A stretch of DNA of 64,000 nucleotides from Elephas maximus (lineage: Eukaryota), in assembly GCF_024166365.1 (NCBI RefSeq), contig NC_064830.1:89332968-89396967 (forward strand), written 5' to 3'. A program made the position numbers and the translations under genes. This document shows, piece by piece, positions 1 through 12,857 of the stretch; the stretch's first letter is position 1, and the number at the start of each line of letters is the position of its first letter. The notes below the pieces were generated by a model. That model saw nothing but the letters and a program-made list of their open reading frames with translations, did no database searches and was not told the DNA's origin.

Positions 1-900
1 TTGAGAAAAAGGCATTTGCAAGATCAACGACTGCATACCAGTCTCCTTTAGCCTGCTGTATTTTCTGTGCCATCGATGCCATATCAGGAACAGCTAAAGC
101 CACAGTGGCACTACTTTATTTAGGCCTTGATAGTCTACAGTCAGCATCCATGAGCTATCTGCCTTTTTCATAGGCCATACAGGAGGATTTGTTGGCAGCA
201 ACACTCCAGCCTTTAGCATATCTTTAATCAAAGCAGTAATCTCCTTCTGTGCACCAGATATCCTACCCAGAACCCAGTGCCATGGCAGATATCCTATATT
301 GTCTCAAATTATCAACTTGAGTGGGTTCACGCAATTCTAACGGTTCCTGTTTAGCCTGTGCAATCAAATCCTGGCCTAAGGGCAGACTTATATGCCTCCG
401 GTTTTACAATATCAGGTAGAGGGAGCATTCCCCAATTAGACATAATATCCACATCAATAATACATTCAGGTAAGGGAGATGCAGCTACTTCATATAAGAT
501 CTGTTTAAATCTTCCAATTCTCATCCAAACTTTCACCTTAGTCTCGTTAACCATTGGATCCCCATATCTCCCTTATCTAACCTTAGGCCCCTTCAAGATT
601 TTATTGACAGGTTTTGGGATTACCGTATATTGGGTTCCTGTGTCCGGGAGCCCCAAGAAATTCTCTTCTCCACCCCTGGCCATTTTACCCACACATGTGC
701 ATAGGACCTTAGGTCCCCTGCTGGGGGATAGACCAGAAGACCCTAGCCCCCTCATCAATCCTTGTCTTGATCAACTAACTGAGCCTCTGCTTCAAATGGT
801 CCCAGGTAGGACTTCCCATCATTAAATTCCTCCTGACTTGGGTGAATAGAAAGAACTTATTTAGGCCTGTTTAACATTGGGGGACCAGGAGGAGTTTCCA
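1..900 (-). mobile_element. Endogenous retrovirus pol fragment (protease to start of reverse transcriptase), antisense; truncated by the window edge
   Basis: The reverse complement of 1..60 encodes ...YSRLKETGMQSLILVVDLANAFFS. This contains RT motif A (VVDLxxAFF) as in beta/gamma-retroviral RTs. Minus-strand ORFs 573..758 (LGLPDTGTQYTVIPKP, a protease-like DTG motif) and 351..554 (...WMRIGRFKQILYEV, a protease C-terminal GRD/N-like motif) are collinear with it. Weak gag-like ORFs continue on the minus strand to about 2700. Confidence 0.55.
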
Positions 901-3900
901 TTGGTCAACCCAACCTCCTGCAGTGCTGCATTAGAATATTTGTCTCAACTCTATCAGTGTCCACTATATTCACTCCATTTCTTAGTGTTTTAGGTGGGAC
1001 TCTCTAGAGAAGCAAAACCAGTAAGCATATAAATATGTATATAGAGAGATTCTTATCAGGGAAATGGCTCACACTGTTGTAGAGGCTGGAAAGTCCCAAA
1101 TCCCTGGGTCAGGCTGAAGGCTTCTTCTGATTCACATAGCTGCAGGGGCTAGCAAACCCAAGATTGGCAGGTCAGACAGCAGGGCTCCTGCTCACGGGCT
1201 GCAAAGACCAATGAATCCCAAGATCAGCAAGCAAGATGACGGGTAAGGTCCTAAGAACTGGAGATTAGAAAAACAGGAGTGAGCTGCAGGATCCATAGTG
1301 AGCAAAACCCATGAGCATCGCCAGAGGGTTCACTTATATTGATGCAGGTCACACCCCCAAGGAAACTCCCTTTCAACTGATTGGCTACTCACAGCAGATC
1401 CCATCATGGAGGTGATTGCATTATATCAAATCTCATCATGGAGGTGACCACATCATTATATGACTGCCAAACCACTGAGAATCATGGCCCAGACAAGTTG
1501 ACACACAACCCGAACGATCACACTTAGTAGCCACCCAAAAATCTCTGTCTTGCTGGGGTAAGTTCTTTTGCCATCATTGCCTCTTCCCATTCTCCTATGA
1601 ATTACCCTTGTGTTTCTTGTATCTTTTAGACCCATGCAGAGAATCTGCTAACAGATCCAACAAAGCTTCTCAGGTTGTTGCTTTGTTTCACAGCAGCAAG
1701 GTTACATGGGGTGCCCATGTAGAAGGGTCCCCCTTGATTACCATACCTGTCATGACCTGTGTAAGGGGCATACTCATTGGATGAATATCCTGATTACCGC
1801 AAAGCCATTCCCGCATGGCTTGCATAAGCAGTACATCAGCTGCTTCCTCTGTAGTGTTCCGTTGGGAATTTAGAGTGGGAGAGGGGCAGCTTCCCTTCTC
1901 ATTGTAAACAAATCTCACTGACAATTTATCCATTCCACCAGGCTGGCTGTCCCTTCTGGGTTAACCTGCTGTGTAGCTGAATCTTGTATCATCATTCATG
2001 ACTGTTCCATAGTGAGTTGTAGGTCTCACATAAACCCCAATGTACTCTTCCATTCTGCAACATTCAAGACTACAGACAGTGCCCCTAAATTGCTCACTTT
2101 CACAATCCATTTTAGTAACAGTTCCTCAGGAAGCTAACGATACCGATCTATAAATTGAACCAACTCCTTTACGCCATACCTCCTGGTTTCAATAGTTTCT
2201 TGGTTTTACCCCTTCCCCTCGCAGACTACCTTCTTAGTGACCAGTGGTCATAGGGGAACTTCCTGTTGTTCCTATATGATTTTTCCTTTCCAGGTAGGCC
2301 CTAAGACTAGGGATCTGGGCTTAGTTCAGTGCTAAAATCCACACTTGCATTGTTTTTCCCATCCTTGCAGTTATTACCGATAACAGCAACTAAGAAATTG
2401 TAAGTCTCACCCTTTCCTTATCACTCTGTATTTCCATATTCATCCAACTAGCCAATTCCTCAGGAGTTAGATTCACCACCCCTAAATCCCATGAATAGCT
2501 TTTGCTTTGGGTAACTGATTGCAACATAACAGCTGCTTTAATCGCTGGGTGTTTTTTTTTTTGAATCCCATCCAGAAACCAAATGTTTCTCATTCTCTCA
2601 TTTATCCCCTTTTTGCCAAAGCCACGTTTTCCAGCGAGTCTGGGGCATTGCAGTGAATCCCACTTCTGACACCAACTGAATGAATAATTTCTAAGGATCA
2701 GCACAAAGCGGTTCCTATGAGGTGGAAGTTAAAGGTGTCCCAAATGTCCAACTTTTCCAAATTGCTGTACCACTACATCATCTCTAACATCAACCACTCC
2801 CCTCTCCCCTCTTTACTCTCCCCCCCATCTTTATTCACTGCAATGTCTCACAGAATGCACAAACTGTGCTTACAGTTAAGTGGTTTAGTAGGGAGGTGTT
2901 ATGGATTAAATTGTGTCCCCCCAAAAATGTCAGTCAACTTGACTGGGCCATGATTCCCAGTATTGTGTGATTGTTCACTATTTTGTTATCTGATGTGATT
3001 TTCATATGTGTTGTAAATTCTCTCTCTATGATGTTAATTAGGTGGAATTAATGGCAATTACATTAATGAGGCAGGACTCAATCTACAAGATTAGGTTTTA
3101 TCTTAAATGAATCTCTTTTGAGATATAAAAGAGAGAAGTGAGCTGAGAAATGAGGTGACCTCAAACCACCAAGAAAGTGGTGCCAGAAAAGCGTGTCCTT
3201 TGGACCCTGGATCCCTGCACTGAGAATCTCCTCAACTAGGAGAAGACTGATGAAAATGACTTTCTTCCAGAGCCAACAGAGAGAGAAAGTCTTCCTCTGG
3301 AATTGACACCCTGAATTTGGACTTCTAGCCTTCTAGACTGTGAGAGAATAAACTTGTTTGTTGAGGCCATCCACTTGTGGTACTTATATAACAGGGTACA
3401 ATTCAGGATCAGGATCAGAACAAACTTAGGATACAGTTTTTTGATCAGGACAGCTTCTTCTTGCCCTCTGCCACCAGGTGCTGCTGGAGGCCTCCAGCTG
3501 CTGGGCCCTGCTGGGGTCCTTCTGCTGATGGGTGCTACTGGGGGCCTTCTTGGGCAGGCATTACAACTCTCAGCTACGTGGGTCAACAAGCCCCACTGAA
3601 GCTGTCTTGCCCTGGTCTCCTGATTACTGCCATCTTGCACTGCTGTCTCTCACTGTCTTCTATGTTACAGCTCCTGTCTCTCTCTCACTCCACATCTCCC
3701 TTTAAGACTAGTGGGAAAGCAAAATTGATCAATCCCCTTCTTAGGGTTTCATATACCCTATTTGCCATGCACCTCATTTACAATATCAGGAAGCTATCCT
3801 ATCCCCCTAGTGGGCCACAAGCACCTATGGCTGGAAGAGCCATATTAAGTAATTTACTGCACTCCATCATCTTGCCCCTATTAAAATAGCAATGATTAGA

Positions 3901-3914
3901 AAAAACAAAAACAA

Positions 3915-5095
3915 GGCTTGGCGAAATTGTAGAGAAACTGGAACCCTCATCCATTGCTGGAGGGAATGTAAGATGCTACAGCCACTCTGAAAAACAGTTT
4001 GGTGGTTCCTCAAAAAATTGAACATAGAACTACCAAAATACTAGACAGCCTGTAGGAACAGTACAGAAGGCTAGAAAATAATCCCAGTCCTAGGTATATA
4101 CTCAGAAGATGTGAAGGCAGAAACGCAAGCAGAAACCTATACACCAATGTTGACTGCAGCACGTTTTACAATACCAAAGATGTAGAAACAATAGAAATGC
4201 CCATCAACAAATGAACAGATAAACAAAATGTGGTATATACACACTATGGAATACTAGTCAGCCATAAAGAAAAATGAAGTCCTGATGTGTGCCACAATGT
4301 GGATGAACCTTGAAAACATCATGCTAGATGAACTAAGTCAGTCGCAAAAGGACAAATACTGTATGATCTCACTTACATAAAATAAGCAAGTATATATAGA
4401 AAGGAAAGATTGTTAGTGGTTACTAGGTATGGGAGGGAGGGGAAAAGGCAGAGTTTATGCTTAGGGGGCACTGAGTTTATGTTAATGGTGGTGGAATGAT
4501 TTGGAAAAGGATAGTAAGAATAGTTCCACTACTTAAAGAACGTAATCAATGTTACTGAAGTGTACGTGTAGAAATTGTTGAGATGGCATACGTTTTGTTA
4601 AGTATATTTTTACCATAATAAAGCTTAAATAAAGCCAGCACCGAAACAACCCAAATGTCCATCAACAGATGAATGGATAAATGTGATATATCCATACGAT
4701 GGAACATTATTTAGCTACAAAAAGGAATGCATGCCATAAAAAGCCCCAAGAAGGAATACATGCTACAGCATGGATGAATTTCAAAAACATTATGCTAAAT
4801 GAAAGAAGCCAGACACAAAAAGTCACACATATGAAATATCTAGTATAGGGAAATCCATAGAGAGAGAGAGCACACTAGTGATTGCCAGGGGCTGGGGGAA
4901 AGGGAAATGGGGAATAACTGCACAATGGGTATGGGGTTTTCTTTTGGGATGATGAAAATGTCTTGGAACTAGACAGAGGTAATGTTACACAATATCCTAC
5001 ACTGTGAATGCACTGAATGCCACTGAATTGTACACTTTAAAGTGGTTAATGATTAATTTTATGTGAATTTTACCTCAATTAAAAAAAAAAAAGCC
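3915..5095 (+). mobile_element. LINE-1 3'-end fragments, two partial tandem copies (about 3915..4635 and 4640..5095), the second ending in a poly-A tail
   Basis: The fragment carries the classic mammalian L1 3' sequence ...gagaaactggaaccctcatccattgctggagggaatgtaagatgctacagccactctgaaaaacagtttggtggttcctcaaaaaattgaacatagaactaccaaaatact...ccatcaacaaatgaacagataaacaaaatgtggtatatacacactatggaatactagtcagccataaagaaaaatgaagtcctg...gttactaggtatgggagggagg... It ends ...tgtacactttaaagtggttaatgattaattttatgtgaattttacctcaattaaaaaaaaaaa. Confidence 0.8.
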
Positions 5096-7089
5096 AGTAC
5101 ATATTAATCCCCAAAGGGCAGATATTAAAGAGGGAAAAAAAAACTCCTACATTAAACAGAATGATCTCTTTTTGACAAATATAACAATCTCCTCGTGAGG
5201 GTGCCTTTCCCCTTTTCTTCTAAAATACTTCTCAAATGAACAATGTTTTTCTCATCAAAAGTTTCCCCAAAGTAGCCACTGCAATTCCAATTTGTTCCTG
5301 GTGAAATCGTGCCAGTTAGAGAGATAAGGGTACAAGTTAGTATAACTGTGAGAAAACATGAAGGAAGCAGGTATTGGCCCAGTTTTAGATTAAGACAAGA
5401 TTGGTGCTTGTGCAATCTTGTACTTCTGGAATTTGGCCAAAGGCCAACTGTCAATCATCAGGGACCAGACAGAATCCCCTGATTCTGGGCCAAAGAAATG
5501 TAACAAAGCATTCTCAAGGACACAGACAAAACTGAGGGAGAAGGCCTTATAAGGATTTTAAAATGGCACCCTGAGGCAAACTTTACCCAAAGGACATCGG
5601 TCTGAGGATACCTTTTGAATTCCACAGACTCAGGGTCTGCTTGAAGGACAGAATTATTGGCCTTTAGTTGATTGAGCGATTTGTCTAGTTAACTCTGATA
5701 ATGAAGAGACTCTGGCATGCTAACTAGTTAGCCGACTCCTGAGGGATTGGTGTCCCCCAAATTCTTAGAGGGGCAAGTAGTGTTCAGCCACCTGAGACTG
5801 AGCAATAACAAGCCTGTGATGTCGTTAGATGTTCAGGGCTGCCACATGTGTGTTACAGTGACTGACTCAGCATGTGCCTACCGTTTGCTGGCAGGTGTGG
5901 GTAACCTGCTGTCTTCTCAGCACCCTGCTTATCCTTTCCCTATAGACTTTTCCTCTTACAAACAACACTCAAAATACTAGACAGACCATAGGCACAAGTA
6001 TAGAAGTCTAGAAAACAAGGTTTTCATTGGTTAATTCCACCAAAGAAAAATAGAAATTTGATCAGTTAACCAAAAAGTCCACCAAGAAAAAAAAAAAAAA
6101 CACAAACCCGTTGCTGTTGCCTTGTTTCCAGCTCATGGCAATCACCTGTGTTACAGAGTACAACCGCTTCATAGGGCTTTCTTGGCTGTAATCTTCTTTT
6201 TTTTTTAATCATATTTTAGATGAAAGTTTACAGAACAAATTAGTTTCTCCTTAAACAATTAACACACATATTGTTTTATGACATGGGTTGCCAACCCCAC
6301 AACATCCTCTCCTTCTCAACCTTGGGTCCCTCATTACCAGCGTTCCTGTCATCTCCTGCCTTCTTGTCCTTGCCCCTGGATTCGTGCGCCCATTTAGTTT
6401 CATTTTGTTTGATGGCCTGTCTAATCTTTGGCTGAAGGGTGAACCTCGGGAGTGACTCCAGTACTGAGTTAAAAGGGTGTCCAGGGGCCATGTTCTCAGA
6501 ATTTCTCCAGTCTCTGTCAGACCAGTAAGTCTGGTCTTTTTTGTGTGTGTGTGAGTTAGAATTTTGTTCTACATTTTCCTCCAGCTCTTCTGGGACCCTT
6601 TACTGTGATCCTGTTAGTGCAGTAAGTGGTGGTAGCCAGGTGCCATCTAGTTGTGCTGGACTCAGTCCGATGGAGGCTTGTGGTACTCGTGGTCCATTAG
6701 TCCTTTGGACTAATCTTCCCCCTGTGTCTTTGATTTTCTCCCTTGCTCCACATGGAGTGAGATCAGTGGAGTATCTTAGGTGGCCACTCACAAGCTTTTA
6801 AGACCCCAGATACCACTCACCCAAGTCGAATGTAGAACATTTTCTTTATAAAGTGTGTTATGCCAGTTGACCTAGATGTTCCCCAAGATATGGTCCCCAG
6901 CCTTCAGCCCAGTAATTCAGTCCGTCAGGGAGTTTGGATGTGTCTATGGAGCTTCCATGACCTTGCCTTGGACAAGTTGTACTGGCTTCCCCAGTACTGT
7001 GTACTGTCTTACCCTTCACCAAAGTTACCACTTATCTATTTTCTAGTTAGTGTTTTTCCCTCCCCTCCCTCGTAATCATCAAAGGTTGT

Positions 7090-7850
7090 TTCTTTTTCTG
7101 TGTAAACCTTTTCATGAGTTTTTATAATAGTAGTCTCATACAATATTTGTCCTTTTGTGATTCACCTATTTCACTCAGCACAATGCCCTCCAGATTCATC
7201 CATGTTGTGAGATGTTTCACAGATTCATCACTGTTCTGTAGCATTCCGTTGTGTGTATGCACCACGGTTTGTTTATCCATTCATCTGTTGATGGGCATTT
7301 AGGTTGTTTCCATCTTTTTGCTATTGCAAATAATGCTGTAATGAACATGGGTATGCATATGTCTATTCGTGTGATGGCTCTTATTTCTCCAGAAAATATT
7401 CCTAAGAGTGGGATTGCTGGATCATATGGTATTTCTATTTCTAGCTTTTTAAGGAAGCACCATATTGTTTTCCAAAATGGCTGTACCATTTTGCATTCCC
7501 ATCAGCAGCGCATTAAGAGTTCCAATCTCCCCGAAGCCTCTCCAACATTTGTTATTTTCTGTTTTTTTAATTCGTGCCAGTAATGTTGGGGTGAGTTGGT
7601 ATCTCATTGTGGTTTTGATTTACATTTTCTCTAATGGCTAGCGATCTGGAGCATTTCCTCCTATGTCTTTTAGCCGCCCCAGAATGTCTTCTTTGGTGTC
7701 TGTTCATAGCCTTTGCCCATTTTTTAATTGGATTATTTTTCTCTTTGTTGCAGAGGTGCTGAATTTTTCTGTAGATTTTAGAGGTTAGAACTTTGTTGGA
7801 TTTGTCATAGTCAAAAATTTTTTCTGAGTCTGTAGGTTCTCTCTTTGCTC
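7090..7850 (-). mobile_element. LINE-1 ORF2/3'-region fragment, antisense
   Basis: Minus-strand ORF 7217..7489 encodes ...[80 protein letters not shown], which is the L1 ORF2 C-terminal region. Plus-strand ggtatctcattgtggttttgatttacattttctctaatggctagcgatctggagcatttcctc is the canonical antisense L1 sequence. Confidence 0.8.
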
Positions 7851-8400
7851 AAAAGATGCATTGCATTGGGCGAATCTGCTACAAAGGACCTCTTCAAAGT
7901 GTTGAAGAGCAAAGATGTCACCCTGAAGACTAAGGTGCGCCTGACCCAAGCCATGGCATTTTCAATCGCATCATATGCATGTGAAAGCTGGACAATTAAT
8001 AAGACCGAAGAAGAGTTGACACCTTTGAGTTGTGGTGTTGGCGAAGACTATTGAATATACCATGGACTGCCAAAAGAATGAACAAATCTGTCTTAGAAGA
8101 AGTACAACCAGATCGCTTCTTAGAAGCAAGGATGGTGAGACTGCATCTTACATACTTTGGACATGTTCTCAGGAGGGATCAGTCCCTGGAGAAGGACATC
8201 ATGCTTGGCAGAGTACAGGGTCAGCGGAAAAGAGGAAGACCCTCAAAGAGGTGGATTGACACAGTGGCTGCAACAATGAGCTCAAGCATAACAACGATTG
8301 TAAGGATGGCGCAGGACCAGGCAGTGTTTCATTCTGTTGTGCATAGGGTTGCTATGAGTCGGAACCGAACTGATGGCACCTAACAACAACAAGTATTTAA
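7845..8400 (+). mobile_element. RTE/BovB-like LINE 3' fragment (Afrotherian RTE1-type), the autonomous partner family of AfroSINEs
   Basis: ORF 8030..8383 encodes ...[80 protein letters not shown]. This is colinear with the C-terminus of BovB/RTE ORF2 (...IMLGK.EG.RRRGRQR.RW.D....M..L..MV.DR..W...VH.VAKSR.RL.D). It ends in a short (aacaacaac) tail. Confidence 0.75.
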
Positions 8401-9844
8401 TTTTTAGAGGATCCCAGTTATCTAGCTTACCTTCTGGTGTTTGTGTATTTAGTTATGGTTTGTATCCTGTTTATGTCTTGGCTGTAACCTTAAAAGAAGC
8501 AGATTGTCAGGCCTTTTCTTCCTTGATACCGCTGGGTGAGTTTAAACTGTCAACCTTTAGGTTAACAGTTGAGCGCAAACCATTTGTGCCACCTTATTCC
8601 AAGGAAAATAAACCCAATGCTTAAGGCCCTCAACAAAATATCGGAGCTCAATTGAGCAAGAGCTTACCTTTCAGCCATGGGCAGGGTGGCTGGTCAAACA
8701 GGTGGAGACAAAAGGGGTCTCAGATATGCATACTATTTCTTGAGTTAAGGGTGCCAGTCCAAGGCAGTGAGAGCTTCAGCTGCATCTTTGTGGATCCTCC
8801 GCATTTGACAACGTCCTCTAGCCAAAAAAAACACTAGGAACACATATACAGGTTGAACAAGGAAGACTGCACATTATGGGGAACCATGGAACCTCTCAGC
8901 AAGAGCATGTTGTTGTTAGTCGCCATTGAATGGGCTCCGACTCATGGACACCCCTGTGCCATCTTCATGATCATTGGTATGTTTGAGTTCATTGTTGCAA
9001 CCATTGGCTCAATCCATCTCATTGAGGGTTTCCCTCATTTTTGTTGGCCCTCTACTTTATCAGGCATGGTGTCCTTTTCTGCACTTGGTCCTTCCTTAGG
9101 GTGTGTCTACAGTGGACAATATTCTGCTGTGATCCACAAGGTTTTCATTGGCTAATTTTTGGAAGTAGATCACCATGCCTTTCTTCCTAGTCTTACTGTG
9201 GAAGCTCTGCTGAAACTTATCCACCATGGGTTCCCCTGCTGGTATTTGAAATACCAGTGGTATAGCTTTCAGCATCATAGCAACATGCAAGCCACCACAG
9301 TACAGCAAACTAACAGATGGGCAGTGGAAGAGTATATTAGAAATTACTTATTAAAGGATTTGGGCTTATTACAGGATTTTTGAGAAATGCTCAAGAAAGG
9401 GAGGCTTTTCTCTGGCTTGGATACTATCAGAAAACAGGGATAATTCTTACTGGTTATCATAAAAATTCTTATCTAGAAGATGTGAGGAATGAATTGCAAC
9501 TAAAGCTATAATTGATAAAGAAGCATCCGGGTTCTCAATTCTGTTCCATTGGTCAATGTGTCTGTCGTTGTACTAGTACCAGACTGTTTTCACTACCGTA
9601 GCTGCATAGCAGATTCAAGGTTAGGTAGTGTGAGTCCTCCTACTTTCTTCTTCTTCTTTGTTTATCCCTACTTGGATAAACACATCCTTATGATGTGTCT
9701 CTATTGGAAAATATTCTGTTGTGATTCACAAGGTTTTCATTTCTATCTCTACTCGAATCTTTATTTCCTTCCTTCTGCTAGCTTTGGATTTAATTTTCTA
9801 TTTCCTTAAGGTGTTGTTTGTTGGTGGGGGTTGACATCATGTTT

Positions 9845-10030
9845 ATTCCAACTCATGGCAACCCCACGTGTGTCAGAGTAGAACTGTACTCCATAGGGTT
9901 TTCAATTCTGTGAACTTTCAGAAGCAGATCACCAGGCCTGTCTTCCCAGGTGCTTCTGGGTATGTTGAAACAGCCAAGCATTCAGCTAGTAGTCCAATGC
10001 TTAACCATTTGCACCACCCAGGAACTCCCC
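9845..10030 (-). mobile_element. tRNA-derived SINE (Afrotherian SINE, variant subfamily), antisense
   Basis: The reverse complement begins ggagttcctgggtggtgcaaatggttaagcattggactactagctgaatgcttggctgtttc and ends ...ctatggagtacagttctactctgacacacgtggggttgccatgagttggaataaacat. Confidence 0.55.
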
Positions 10031-10039
10031 TGAAGGTGT

Positions 10040-10620
10040 ACAGCTAGGTTATTGACTTGAGATCCTTCTTCTTTTTTCCAAGTAGTAATTTACATCTATA
10101 AATATCCCTCTTAGCATTGCTTTTGCTGCATTCTATAAGTTTTGGTATGTTGCGTTTAAATTTAATTTGTCTCAAGTTATTTTATAATTTCTCTTGTAAT
10201 TTCTTCGACTCATTGGTTGTTGAAGAGTATGTTGCTTAATTTTCACATATTTGTGAATTTTCCAGTTTTCTGTTTCATTAATTTGTAGTTTCATTCCATT
10301 GTGATTGGTAATAATACTTTATATGATTTCAATCTTTTTAAATTTATTAAGACTGATTTTGTGGCCCAATGTATGATCTATCCTGGAGAACAAACCATAT
10401 GCATTTGAGTAGAACGTGTGTCTGCTATATCTCATTGGTTTATAGGGTTGTTCAAGGCCTCTATTTCCTTACTGATCTTCTCTTAGTCTGTTCTATCCAT
10501 TATTGAAAGTGGGGTATTGAAGTCTCCAATGATTATTATAGTTGTCTATTTTTCCCTTCAAATCTGTCAATTTTTTTCTTTATATATATTGTGGGTTCTC
10601 ACACCATACACAAAAATTAA
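10040..10620 (-). mobile_element. LINE-1 fragment, antisense
   Basis: The sequence ...tcccctgaaggtgtacagctaggttattgacttgagatccttcttcttttttccaagtagtaatttacatctataaatatccctcttagcattgcttttgctgcattc... is typical antisense L1 sequence: AT-rich with no host coding potential. Confidence 0.5.
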
Positions 10621-10699
10621 CTCAAAATAGACTAAAGACCTACATGTAAGAGCTAAAATTATAAAACTCTTAGAACAAAACAGCAGCAAATCTTCATGA

Positions 10700-12520
10700 C
10701 CTTGGATTTGGCAATTGTTTCTTAAATATTACAGTAAAACCCAAAAAACGCTTAAAAAAAACACACAGGCAAAAAAAGAAAAAGTAAATTGGACTTCATC
10801 AAAATTAAAAACTTTTGTGCATCTAAGGACACTACCAACAAAGCAAAAAGACAATCCACAGATTGGGAAAAAATACTTGGATATTATATATCTGAGAAGC
10901 ATTTAATATCCAGAATATATAAAAAATTCCTACAACTCAACAACAACAAAAAATCCAATTTAAAAATGGGCAAAGGATTTGAGCAGACATTTATCCAAAG
11001 AAGATATACAAATGGGCAATAAGCACATAAAAAGATGTTCAACATCATTAGTCCATCCAAACTCATTGCCGTAGAGTCAATTCTGACTCATAGTGACCCT
11101 ATAGGACAGAGTAGAACTGACCCATAGGATTTCCAAGGCTGTAATCTTTATGGAAGAAGACTGCCACATCTTTCTCCCATGGAGCAGCTGGTAGGTTCAA
11201 ACTACTGACTTTTTGGGTAGTAGCACTTAATCTACTAGGCCACCAGGGCTCCTTCATTAATCCTTAAGGAAATGCAAATCAAAACTATGATTTTGATTTG
11301 CTTATCAGTTACCAAACCAAACCAAACAAACCTGTCGCTTGTAGTGACACTATCTGCCCCATAGGATTTCCAAGGAGCAGCTGCTGGATTCAAACTGGTG
11401 ACCTTTTGGTTAGCAACCATAGCTCTTAACCACTGTGTTACCAGGGCTGCCATCAAATGGATTCAACTCTCGGCAACCCCATCTGTGTGACCGTAGAACC
11501 TCCATAGGGTTTTTAGTGATTGATTTTTTTTGGAAAAAAACCCTGGTGGCTTAGGGGTTAAGAGCTATGTCTGCTAACCAAAAGATTGGCAGTTTGAATC
11601 CACCTGGTGCTTCCTGGAAGCCCTATGGTGTAGTTCTACTTTGAGTCGGACTTAATGGCAACAGGTTTTTTGGTTTGGATTTTTCTGAAGTAGATCTCTA
11701 GGCCTTCTTCTGAGGTGCCTCTGGGAGGACTCATCCTCCAATCTTTTGGTTAGCAATTGAGCAGGTTAACTGTTTGCATCATTCAGAGACTCCTCACACC
11801 CACTAGGATGGTTATTATAAAGGAAAAAAGACGAAACTAAAACAACAGACAATAACAAGTGTTGGAGAGAATGTGGAGAAATTAGTGTCTTTGTGCATTG
11901 CTGGCGCAAATGGTACAGCCACTGTGGAATATAGATTGGCAGTTTCTCAAAAAGTTAAACAAAGAATTACCACATGATCCAGCAATTCTGCTCCTAGGCA
12001 TATACGCAAAAGAACTGAACGCAGGAATTAAAACAGACACTTGACATCGATATTCATTGCAGCATTATTATTCACCATAGTCAAAAGGTGGGAACAACCC
12101 AAGTGCCCATCAACAGACAAATGGATAAACAAAATGTGGTATATACATACAAGGGAGTACTACTCAGCCATAAAAAGGAATTTAGTACTGATACATGCTG
12201 CAACATAAACCTTGAAAGCATGCTAAGTGACACAAAAAGACAAGACGGTTTGATCCCACTTACATAAAATATCTAGCATAGACAAAGTCATAAAAGCATC
12301 AAGTAGATTAGAAATTACCAGAGGTGGAGGGAGAGGGTAATGAGTTATTGCTTAGGGGGTACAGTTTCTGTTCAGGGTGATGAAGAAGTTCTGCAATTAG
12401 TAGTGATAGTTACACAATATTGCGAACGTACTTGATGCCACTGAATTGTACACTTAAAAACGGTTACAACGGTAAATTTTATGTTCTATGTATTTTACCA
12501 CAATAATAATAATAATAAAA
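10700..12520 (+). mobile_element. LINE-1 ORF2-3' end segment, interrupted by three nested SINE insertions (about 11055..11250 minus, 11320..11458 minus, 11538..11668 plus)
   Basis: L1 sequence ...aaaaacttttgtgcatctaaggacactaccaacaaagcaaaaagacaatccacagattgggaaaaaatacttggatattatatatctgagaagcatttaatatccagaatatataaaaaattcctacaactcaacaacaac...aaaaatgggcaaaggatttgagcagacatttatccaaagaagatatacaaatgggcaataagcacataaaaagatgttcaacatcattag... resumes after the SINE insertions with ...cttaaggaaatgcaaatcaaaactatgatt and ...gtgttggagagaatgtggagaaattagtgtctttgtgcattgctggcgcaaatggtacagccactgtggaat... It continues to ...tgtacacttaaaaacggttacaacggtaaattttatgttctatgtattttaccacaataataat. The SINEs carry the AfroSINE core (ccctggtggc...gctaaccaaaag...ttgaatcc... 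/ gactcatagtgaccctataggacagagtagaact). Confidence 0.75.
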
Positions 12521-12857
12521 GCAGCAGCAATAATTCATACTGCAGGTGGAAAGGGTTGTTTGGTCGTTTTCGTGGTTTGAACAATATCCTCTTTTTGTGT
12601 TCAGACATGATTACAGAATGGTCTTTTTCTGGATCCATCAATCAGAGAGTGGCTTTGTCTGATGTTGATGCTCTGTGAAACTGTTTATGCTCAACAGAAC
12701 AACACCACAGCCTAGCGATGAGTGCAAGGCCAGCTCCTAGCAACACCACAGCTTCTAGAGGCACAGTGCAAACCAACTCCCAGCTGTCAACAGCTGCTTT
12801 TTTCTCTCTCTAGCTACACTTGAAAAACCAGAATTAGCAAACTGTTTTGGTAGAACA

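Noticed and set aside
5152-5454. 100-aa minus-strand ORF in the upstream repeat-rich region
   Set aside because: There is no recognisable domain, no splice or CpG context, and it is embedded between L1 fragments. It is most likely a chance ORF in AT-rich sequence.
7845-8383. Plus-strand ORFs of 69-117 aa with good protein-like composition
   Set aside because: They are remnants of the RTE/BovB LINE ORF2 C-terminus. They are transposable-element coding sequence, not a host gene.
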